Below are positions 38,901-50,900 of a stretch of DNA of 64,000 bases, piece after piece (within the stretch, counting starts at the first letter, position 1; each line of letters opens with the position of its first letter). The position numbers and the translations under genes were made by a program. Origin of the DNA: Antedon mediterranea (Eukaryota > Animalia > Echinodermata); the NCBI RefSeq assembly GCF_964355755.1, contig NC_092673.1:28393648-28457647 (forward strand). Direction: 5' to 3'. Below the pieces are notes generated by a model. The model had not been told where the DNA came from, ran no database searches, and worked only from the letters and a program-made list of their open reading frames with translations.

Positions 38901-41900
38901 ATAGCCAGCCATTCTATAGGTGTCTCCCTAATATAAAAGGGTCCTAATTTTACCATTTTTCTGAACTTTTTGTATGTTTTTATTGTTTGCTTTTAATTTT
39001 ATGCCAAATGAATAAAATAATTTTAAAATGTTATTGACGATGGGTTGTGAATAATTTCACATTTCTCGTTCTAATCTTTTAAATTATTAGATAAAACATT
39101 GATATCTGTGCTTTAATCTTTGCTTATCAATAATAAGTGTGACAAATGAATGCAATGATTCCATACCTTCCATGGCTCATTACACTATAACATTTTAACG
39201 GGCTGGTCTGTCAATATTATCATTGGATTCATAGCCAGTGGGGCTAAAGTATTTGGAGTGCGAACAGAGCAGTGCTAGGTCAGTCGGATTATCATTCAAT
39301 AAGGTATATAAAAAGGAAATATTTTTAACACCATATTTCTACTCTGTATTAATTTCATTTGATTAACAATATGGTAAGTTATTATTGGGTTCATTTCTTT
39401 TAAGTAATTTTCTATTTTTAATTTATTTAGCTTCATTAAAACAAATTATATATTTTATCATCCTGTACAACCTTGCTTCTTTTTTTGTTTGTTATCTCTA
39501 CAATGATTTCTTAGATTAAGCTTCTTTTTTTTTGTGGATATGTTAATTATCTTTAAAGTAATTTTCTATTTTTAATTTATTTAGCTTCAATAAAACAAAT
39601 TTATATTTTGTCTGTCATCCTGTACAACCTCAACTCTTTTTTTGTTTGTTATCTGTACAATGATTTATTAGATTACACTTCTTTTTTGTTGTTGCGGTGG
39701 ATATATATGTTATTTTAATCATGGTATTCTGAAATAAAATTATGAATGAATGAAATTGTAGCCTAAATAGGCAGTTAAGTATAGTCCATCCGTATCTTAG
39801 TCTATCCATTTTTCAGCTGTTTTGGAGCTTTCCATTACTACAGCAACCGTACATCCACCGTGAACCCCTGGGGTATATTACATCCTATACCACAATCTAC
39901 AATCTCCCTTTCCCCTTCCCACTCTCCAAACAAGCCAGAGACAACTGCTATACTAGACTCATTCTATCATGTTTACAATACTGTTGTACCTGCCTAGCTT
40001 ACTTGGATAAATCAACATTAGCCTATTCTCTCCGAGAAGAGAGCTACAACTTGAAAATATACAATTTTATAAAACACCCCTATCAGATAATGGTACATTC
40101 CTTCTATTGAATAATACTGCTTTGATTTTAGTATCTCACTGCAAAACTGTTAAACGTTCAGTATTATTATCAACATATCACATTATATTCACAAAGGCAA
40201 TGTAGTATTAATAATAAAGTATTACATCGTATGTGTTTTCATCATTTTATAGCAATAACACGATATTGGCGCTTCCTAAAGGAAAATGTAATTAGATTTT
40301 GATAGCTGATGAGCATGACATAGTTCTCATAATCATAAAGTTAGCACTTTTGTGGTTGAGTGTGAAGTGATGTTAAAAGTTCTCCAAAACTTCCTCACTA
40401 GTTTATGAGATATCAAGCAGAACTTATTCACTTTATTTGAGTATAAGTACGAGTGTTTATTAGTTATTACTATGTTTGCTTTGGATTTATAACCTACTTA
40501 ATATGAATAAGGAAATGCTGGTTTAGTTTTTTTTTTACTATTCGACAAATTATGGACTGCTATTTTAAAATCAAAATTATTTTAGTAAACACAAATATCA
40601 ACACCATCTTTACGTGACTTTACTTATAAAAAATAAAAATATCAGTGATTTTTTTTGTAATGCAGAAACAGAGACTTTTCTATGTGCTTCATTTTGGTCT
40701 GTGATATTTCTTGAGGTCTAGAGCTAGTTTATAGAGAATTCTGTTGTACCAATTGGTCCTCCCAAAAATATGCGAGACTTTCCAAATAATGTCATTTTAT
40801 GAATTTTGGGTTAGTTTAGCGCCCTCAAGTTGACACATTTAAACAAAATGTCTGCATATTTTCAACTGATGTTCACCAACCTAATGTATTTTTCTGCTTG
40901 ATCTTCTTCGTTAACACAGCCCTGAAATATTACAAATATTTAATGGTGTTTTTTTTGGCAAGAATTACATTTAAATGTTTTTGTTTCATTACCATTGCTC
41001 TCTGGTTCAAGGTTTAAATAAATGCCTAATCATCCAACTTATACTTATCAGTCAAATTACATTAAAAGTTTTCAAGTTATCACTTCAGCAATGAATGTTC
41101 TTAAAAAACCTTGGGGACAAAAAGGGAGAAAAGCTTCCATAAAAGCTCAAGTTATTAAAATGAAATTACTCATCAATCAATGCAAATTAGTTAATTAATT
41201 AAAAATATAAATTTGTAATATACCACGTTTAGAAAGTTATAAGTAGATCTGGGAGTGTTTGTATTTGATTTCTTTGAAGTGTCTATATCCAAGTGTCTAT
41301 ATCCAAGTGTCTATATCCAAGTGTCTACATATCCAACATATTGACACTTTGTCAAGATTTATGGATTTAGTTTTAGTATGCATCTGTCACATACCTTTTA
41401 CTAAATAGTTTTTTTGGTTCATTAAAGACAGTACAGTAATAGATTTACATTATGTTTCTGTCTGTATTTACTTGCTTAACTGTTTACTGGAAATAAGCAT
41501 TTCTATATTTGAAATGAGCGAGAACACGCCTATTTAAAGGGGACACATAATTAAAAGGGACATACCTATTTAAAGAGGACACACTTATTTAAAGGGGACA
41601 CACATATTTAAATAGGACAAACATATATTTAAAGAGGACACACCTAAATGGAACACACCTATTTAAAGAGGACACTTTCAACTTTCAATATAAAAATGAA
41701 AGAAGAGGGGCAATTATATTTAACACTGTTCAACCCTCTTAATAAAGGTTCATTATATTGTGACATTTTTAATGATTCACGTAATCCCATGTAAAGTTCA
41801 TTAATGGTAATTTTAATTGCATATTAGGTTACCAACCCACTATGTTTTGAACGTATACGATTGCTTTTCACATCTTCAACTATCCTGTGTTATATGACGT

Positions 41901-44900
41901 ACCTATGTAAATGGAAACTATGCCTATTATATTTGGTTGTATGAAACAAATTAAACAAGTCTTGTTGTTCTGACTGTCATATTTGCATTTGTATTCTTGC
42001 AACAAGATCCAATGCAATGTTTTATGATCAATGTGTGCAAGCTCACCACCCCCCTTTTTTACCCAATTCAATAATAATAATAATAATAAACAGTATTTAT
42101 ATAGCGCCTAATGGATCACTGACCTCTCTAGGTGCTTTACATAGGACCTTAACTAATGGTAATAAACTATCCCCCGCCGGACACCATTCCGGTATTTCTT
42201 AGTCGAGGTTTTGGGGATGGAGACAATCAATAATGTGAAAAAAAAAATGTAACAAAGCTTAACTATGCTTAACTAAGGTAAAACTATCCCCCGCCGGACA
42301 CCATCCCGGTATTTCTGAGTCAAGGTTTCGGGGCCAGAATTAAGAATAGAGAGTAAAATGAAGCATGCACAACTTAAGCTAGGGTTAAACTATCCCCCGC
42401 CGGACACCATCCCGGTATTTCTGAGTCAAGGTTTTGGGGCCAGAATTAAGAATAGAGAGTAAAATGAAGCATGCACAACTTAAGCTAGGGTTAAACTATC
42501 CCCCGCCGGACACCATCCCGGTATTTCTGAGTCAAGGTTTCGGGGAATAACCACTCCTCACTCAAATAATGTTTAATCACTTACTTCCTGTTATTTTAAC
42601 ATTATTTCATCGGTTTCAAGTATCAACCACCGGTATATGTGTGTCGTACTTATTATGTAGGCGTTTGGTGTTGATAACTCACATGCACCGTTATAAACGA
42701 TGGTATCTGTCGTTAGTATTAGGATGTCAATAGAAAATAGTTTCTATTGCGAGGAATTGACGAGCAAAGTGTTGGTTTAGACCGCACATTTTAGATTACT
42801 TTGTGTACTTTACTAATTAACACATGCATTTGCATTTTAATTTATTGTTTACTCAGAAGGACAGTTTGTAATAGCATTTAAACACCTACAGTATATTGGC
42901 TATATATCTGCTGGCCTGCAGATCAGATTCAAATTGGACTGTATAAAGTTGAAATAAATAAATACAGTACTGTATGATTATCTTACCTATGATATGATTT
43001 GTTAGTTAATGCCAAAGACATTGGATCTGTTTTTGCAATATTTTGAAAAAATATAGATTTTGAAAAATAAAAATTTAAGTTGTAATTCTATCTTTGATAT
43101 TTTTGGTCCTAAAAGTGGTAATTTGTTTTCCATATCCAGATTTGTAGGTTCAAATCATAGGGCATACCATATGCTAAGGAACACTTTAAAGGTGTACAAT
43201 CATAACTAAGGCCTTTTCTATACTATCAAACTTTATTTGACAAAACAATGTGATGTGCCCATATATGGACATGATAATGATGTCATATCACTACCATATT
43301 TGGGCATATCACTACCATATTTGGGCACATCACACTCATTTTGTCAAACTAGTTTGATAGTGTAGAGAGTGCTTTAACATTTTAACATTTTGTGCATAAA
43401 TATGATTGTTAAATTATTAAAGTCTATATTTGCTGATATTAATGTAGGCCAAGAATAAAATTACTGTAGTTAAACACCAGAATCCTGGGTTCAAATCATA
43501 ACACATGTCATGCAAAGGCACTCAACAAGACTTTAATAGGAAGCATGAATTTGAGTATTAAACTATTAAAACCCATAATAATTTGCTCGGATACATTAGG
43601 CCTATAACATTATCAAAAGTTAAACACCAAGGTTATGTTATATTATATTTAAATAGTGCTATTATTATGCCTGTTTTATAGTACTACCAGTATTATTAAA
43701 CCAATGCAAATATACATACAGCTTTGTATTCTGTTTTTTTTTTCCCCTTCTCTGACATAATCTTCTTACCATATGGCATAGTAGTAGTAGTATTGGTACC
43801 AATGCGGTATATTTTTTCTCGCATAATTGGTTTTGGTTCTGCAAATATAAATCCAGTCTTCTACAGTAGTAATGAGGATTATGATGACTGTTACAACATG
43901 TCATTTTAGCAGAATTTAATTTATCTGATGGTGTGATTACTGTGTGATGTATATATCCAGGTAGGAAATACTGTAGTTTAATGTTGCTTGGAAAATCTTT
44001 CCAAATTATTAGTCCAGCTACTGAAAATGTGCAGTCTGCGGACTACATGACTTATGCAATCAATTATTTTATTAGGAATGTTAAATTCAGTAATTTTGTG
44101 TAAACCAAATTTTCAGTTTTCTAATTTTATGTTATTAAATTGTTTTTGACTATAAATGAATATTATTACAAGGCAAATTATGTTTAAACTAGTTTATAAA
44201 TAGTTAAACTTTAAATTACTATTTTACCACAACAATCATCTTTTGTTCTGTTTAACATAATAAACTTTGCAAATAATGCAATATACAAAGTGAAACACAT
44301 ACCAATTGACTCGGTAGAAAACAAAAGATAAACTTTGTATGAACAAAAAAAAAGACAGAAAAAAGATTACAAAACCAGCCGAGCGGCACAGGTCAAACGT
44401 TTTTTAAAATACATTTTTCCATCCTGGTTGTTTGATGTCTGTAAAACGTCGGTGTTTGTCGTGGTTTTTCCTTCTTTGAATGCGGAATAAGCTGCAGGGA
44501 TTACATGCTGATGAGCACAATGGGGCGATGATTTGTGTTTAGGATTCTGTTTCATTCAGCAAGGTATTTAAAACAGATTTGTTGAAATGGTATTAAAGGT
44601 GAACCGACCAAATAGCTTTCATGTGTATTTGTCTATCTTTTACTTAGTATAATTGGTACTCTGTTTATTAATGATACTTGTGGATTTACGCATATCTCGC
44701 ATAAACATCTATTCGGAAATTGGCTTTAACAGAAACCTTGATCTTGTGTTTTGAATTGTATATGATGATGTGATTTGTATTTCATTATGCTTTCAACCAA
44801 ACCTTGCCTGTTGTGATCTGTTATTATATGTAGGCTGTCGAGATTGTGTTTATTTCTTGGATAATATTTGAATAAATTGCTAATTTGGATTTTATACCAG

Positions 44901-47900
44901 TTCACGTAAGTCCGCAATTATTTAAAAACAAAAAGATTTTCATTCAGTGTCGTGTCTCTTCTGTAATAGGATATCATGGCTGTGATTATCTTATCCATTA
45001 TCTTTGTCATTAATGTTCCTACCCTTTTATTTAATGTTGACATAAACAATAATGTATAATTAGTACTTTAGTGTTTGAAATGTTCATTCAATGGCCATGC
45101 CATCTTTAGGAATCCAATTGTACCTAATTACTGTATTAAGAATATTAAAGAATTTAAAGAAATATTTGTAATACTTAAATATATTAAACATTTCATTTTC
45201 TATTATATAGTGTTACTGCTTCATTATTGTCACTTGTTCTTATTATTTTTTGTAAACATGTTAAAGGGCAAACTGAGACAAGTTTACTTCCAGGTTGGTC
45301 CTCAGTTTATGCTCTGTAATATATGTATATGGCATTTGATGAAATAAATGTTGGTTGAATTGAATTGCTTTATTTATCTCATAATTTTGAAGGCAACTAC
45401 TGTATACTGTTCTTGTGCCAATTTTCTTCTGAAGACACATGGCCGTCATTGATGAATAGTATCGGTTGACTTCGCTGCTGGTGTTTACTCGAGGTCCAAG
45501 TTTATAACATGCCATACACCGTTATTTTACTTCAATTACTGTTTATGAACACACTGTTAGGTGTGTGCAGATTCCAGAGGCATGCTTTTAACAGCTAAAA
45601 TGAAGTTTTGTTGTTGTAGCTATGATAGACCATTAGTATTATATTATTAGCATTCAGCATATAAAAAAAAACCTGCGGGATCTTCCCCTTTACAATATTT
45701 TTTTTCTAATAAAAAGTATATGGTAAATTGACAGTCACATCATGTAAACACTCAAATGGATTTTAATGTGAGCATGCATGATGACATATTCCAAATTGGT
45801 TTCTATAATTCGACTTTTGTTATAAAAATAATGTGTTATGAGAACATCTACCTGATTAAAATAGATTTTTCTTCCTTTATGTTAACGTTTTATTGTAAAG
45901 TAAACAAAGTGGTTTTTAAAGCATTGTATAGGTAATGTAAACATGCAAATTGTGGCTTGTTCACTTGGGTGCATCTATTATAATTTGTTAATTTTAAAAG
46001 ATATATTAAGAATTGTATTCAAAATCACAGACTTTACAACGACTGAAGTAGTTGGTCGTAAAACAACCCTTTTCTGTTCATTGTATGGAAATTAAACATC
46101 AACAAATTGCATATATTGCTGAAATTTGCATATCATACCATTGCCAATAATAAGGCATACCCACTTACATATTCATTGAGTATATGGGTTAGAATAGAAC
46201 ACCTATTGCGGGGACACCTTCAGGACCCAACATACAGTATCCTCCTAAGTAGAGTTGTCCTTAGAGTATTGGGTTCCTTTGAATTGGGACCTAATGCATA
46301 CCCACATATTCAGTGATTATATACAGTAGGATAGAACCCCTATTGCAGGGACACCTTCAGGACCCAACATACAGTATCCTCCTAAGTAGAGTTGTCCTCA
46401 GAGTATTGGGTTCCTTTGAATTGGGACCTAATGCATACCCACATATTCAGTGATTATATACAGTAGGATAGAACCCCTATTGCGGGAACACCTTCAGGAC
46501 CCAACATCACATTCACAGTATCCTCCTAAGTAGAGTTGTCCTCAGAGTATTGGGTTCCTTTGAATTGGGACCTAATGCATACCCACATATTCAGTGATTA
46601 TAGATAGAACCCCTATTGCGGGAACACCTTCAGGACCCAACATCACATTCACAGTATCCTCCTGAGTAGAGTTGTCCTCAGAGTATTGGGTTCCTTTGAA
46701 TTGGGACCTAATGCATACCCACATATTCAGTGATTATATACAGTAGGATAGAACACCTATTGCGGGGACACCTTCAGGACCCAACATACAGTATCTTCCT
46801 AAGTAGAGTTGTCCTTAGAGTATTGGGTTCCTTTGAATTGGGACCTAATGCATATCCACATATTCAGTGATTATAGATAGAACACCTATTGCGGGGACAC
46901 CTTCAGGACCCAACATACAGTATCCTCCTAAGTAGAGTTGTCCTTAGAGTATTGGGTTCCTTTGAATTGGGACCTAATGCATATCCACATATTCAGTGAT
47001 TATAGATAGAACACCTATTGCGGTGACACCTTCAGGACCCAACATACAGTATCCTCCTAAGTAGAGTTGTCCTCAGAGTATTGGGTTCCTTTGAATTGGG
47101 ACCTAATGCATACCCACATATTCAGTGATTATATACAGTAGGATAGAACACCTATTGCGGGGACACCTTCAGGACCCAACATACAGTATCCTCCTAAGTA
47201 GAGTTGTCCTTAGAGTATTGGGTTCCTTTGAATTGGGACCTAATGCATATCCACATATTCAGTGATTATAGATAGAACACCTATTGCGGGGACACCTTCA
47301 GGACCCAACATACAGTATCCTCCTGAGTAGAGTTGTCCTCAGAGTATTGGGTTCCTTTGAATTGGGGCCTGTAGTCTTAGTTTAATTGTCCTTTTAATAG
47401 TGGTGTCCCTATGTCATAGTCAATAGAAAGTTTGACTTGACTATGCTTAGTGTATTTAAAGGGGTATCTTAATAGGTATCCCAATGAAGCGGATTTTCGT
47501 TACCGCGATTTTAACACGTTCGTGAAATTTCAAAAAGTGACGTGTCTTTGAAGTTAAAAATATACTATTTCTTATATACACATGTGAATAAAAATTATAT
47601 GTCTGGAAAGATCTTGTTTAAGGGATTATTTTCATATATTTTTAATCTATGTTTATTAAATATTTTAATAGAAAACGCGAGTTAAAAATGAGGTACAAAA
47701 GCCGGCGAGCCGAAATCCGCGCGCTAAAAATAACTTTGGAAAACACCTACCCATTTTCAAAACACGATCGCACGAGGTCCATAATAGGTGGTGGAGTAAT
47801 TTTTGTTGCATGTTATCAGGCTTTAAATACTCTTTATTTTGATATGTAAATCGGTTATTATTATTATGTACATCCGCCTCAAATGTCAATTTTAACGATA

Positions 47901-50900
47901 AAAATTGAATTTTTTAGTCTTTCTCATTATCAAAATTTGGCTAATTTAGTATTGAATTGAAGCTAATTTATATTTCTGTTTGATAAACCACATCGTTTTA
48001 TTTGACTTTGCGTGGACCTCGTGCGAAGAGACCAACAAGACCAACCACTGAAAAAAATAATCCCTACCAAAAATATCAGTGTTTACCATTTTCCTTACGG
48101 GGGGGATTCAGTTCTCCGCTTATTACTAAATTACCGTCGCCCAGACACTGTGCATGGTATGCATGTATTAGCGCGTTAATTAATGATTGGATAACCCCTG
48201 CAGTGGACTGTTCCATTTTCTGAACTAGTCTTCGCCGCACACGAGGCATGTCGAAAAATGTCGCCTCTCATGGAATATTGGCTTCGAAACGTCAATTTTA
48301 CCGATTTATTAAATTATTTAATAAGTGGAATATTTATAAATCTACTATATAAAGCAAGTACGTTAGGAAGAAATGTACCGAAGAAATTTAAGAAGCTTTG
48401 ATTTTGCTATGCAGCGGCCGTAAGCCATTCTATGTAGGCGGCCGAAACGCGCTTTGTCCTGTGTTGCCGTTGTATGTCTACGCTGTTTCTAGGCCTAAAT
48501 TTTATTCCGTATATTTCAATTCAAAGTGCAACTTTCGGTTAGAATAATCGAAAGGGAAATAAAATTAAACATGTTACAATTATACCATTGAGGTAATTAC
48601 TTTGTTAAATAAAAAATTTCTTCCCGATATTTCTTAGTCTTAGGCAGAATTTAGCGTCAGGCTTTTATTTAGGCCTAGACCTTAGGGGCCTATATAACTT
48701 AACTTGTAGTAGGCGCGGCCGAGTCTACGTTCGGCCCGGCGCTCCAAATGGAATCGAACACATAATAAGCACGGGCTTAATTCTTATTTTTGGCGGTTCG
48801 AAAATCAATTAAAATAATATATGATTATAAATATAACTTTAAATACTAGAATTAAAAAAAAAATGTATACTTACGAAAAATAATATTTAATGAAAAGAAA
48901 CAATACCCACACAGTTTTTTAACGCAATATTTTTTTTTTTCACATTTTAACATTTTTTAACCATACTTTATGTTGTATTTCAGAATTACCTACCTGTCAA
49001 TATAAATAACCTTACTAAAATACATATTACATTTTATGCAATGCAAAAAAAAAGAAGTTAATTCACACATTGGTTCAAAAGTTATGAATCATTTAAAGAC
49101 AGGAACTTTTTGGGCATTTTTGAGACATTGGGAAAATCACGCGTAAAAAGCCCTCGGACGAATTTTGGAGGGCGATATCTAAAAAAAAAAATGTCGGACA
49201 CCCAAAAAAAAAAATTCTTGTACAACTCTGTTGTATCTATGGGTTTGGAAAAAATAAGAACTTTAAAATTATTAGTATAAAAGTTATAACCCTTCAAAAA
49301 TGGGTTCAAATATAATTAGAAAAAGTGCCATTTTTCAAGCAAAAATCACTGTTTTTTGGGCACTTTAATGGACCATAACTTTTGAATGGATAATCCGATT
49401 TCAATCATTTAAATTGCAAAAGTTTATGTTCAGTAAGTTCCTTCTGATTAACTGAAAGAAAAAGTACCATCATTAATTTGAATTTTTACATTGGGATACC
49501 TAATCTTAAAGAGGGGTTCTAGTAATACTATATAAACTCTGTATAGTATTATTCCACATTATAATATTATAATATTTAAACATCTCAGTAATTCTGTGCT
49601 TTGCATAAAATGTTTGCAATTTGACAAATTAAATTAAACATCTTTATGAATATGTCAAAAAAATTATTATTTGACATAATTTTTTAAAACAGAGTTTAAA
49701 AAAAATCATATATTTTAACACGATAACAATCATTTAATTTGTTTCTAACTTTATTTTAATTGCATAAGAAAATTATCTTGATTTAAGTTTACTTTAAGTT
49801 TACTTATCTTAACTTAAGTTTGTCACAGTCTTCAAAGTCTTGTGTGAGATGTCAAAAACAATTATTATTTTCTGTCTTATTGCAGATGATCTTGGAGTAA
49901 ATATGCATTCATCTAACAAACTTAACTCGTCATCTGAAATGGGTTCTCAGGGTAAGTGCTTAAATTAAATTATCAATTTATTTTACACTTGCTGCTTGAT
50001 AAATATCATTCCAGGAACCTTATGTTTTTTTAACCACCCTTGGATTGTTAATCTTTACCTCCCTTCTTAGAGTTTCGCAAGGTCCTCTGGGAGATGTCAA
50101 CTATGAATAATAATAACATAGTGTTGTAATGGCTAGTGAGTGCTCACTGGCTAAATCCAAGGACCCCTGAAGCTTATATAGAAGCCCCTGAGCAGGGCCC
50201 ATAGAAAAAACAGCTATTCTCCTCCAGGAGGGGCCATGTAGGGTCCCTGAACGAAGGACCTTAGGCCTCTGAGTTAAAAGATGTTGAAGAAGGCTAAACA
50301 GTGCCAGAGGCCTCCAGCGTTGGAGGGCCATGTAGCCCCTTGAACGACGGACCTTAGGCCTTTGAGTTAAAATATGTTATGTTGAAGAAGGCTAAAATCG
50401 CCAGAGGCCTCCAGGAGGGCTGTGTAGGGTCCCTAAAAGAGGGACCTTAGGCCTCTGCGTTAGGACTTTAAATATGAGTAGAACTTGTTTGTACAAAAAT
50501 TTGTTTTTCTGATTGTAGATTTTTATATCTTCACTTCTAATGCATGATAGGTTTTCTCATGGCATTTTGCTTCAACTCCTGTCAGAGCTCAGAATATAGT
50601 AATGTTCATTTTATATTTTTTATTGTTGGATATTTCATCATATTTTTGTCATATTTTTCACTTGATTATTTTTTATATCATTGTACAGTGATGTGTTATA
50701 TTCAGTCATCATAAATAATCTGATTGTCCACATGTTTGGTTAATACAAGATACAAGAAACTTTATTTGTCTTCGTAGAAAATACGAAACAAAAAGAAATA
50801 TCGGTTGTATGTCAGCAAATCTAATAATATTGATGAAAATAAGAATCTCACAACAATGTTTATTAATATTCATTCATTCATCAGTGGAAAATTACTTCCA

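Noticed and set aside
42164-42545. Repeat-spacer pattern resembling a CRISPR array
   Set aside because: Two of the three linkers are identical, the context is eukaryotic and adjoins a retroelement tail, and there are no cas genes.
36350-44530. CTGATGAG words at about 36352, 40306 and 44508 as hammerhead ribozymes or C/D snoRNAs
   Set aside because: None has a correctly placed stem II plus GAAA, or a terminal stem with a D box, that I could verify.
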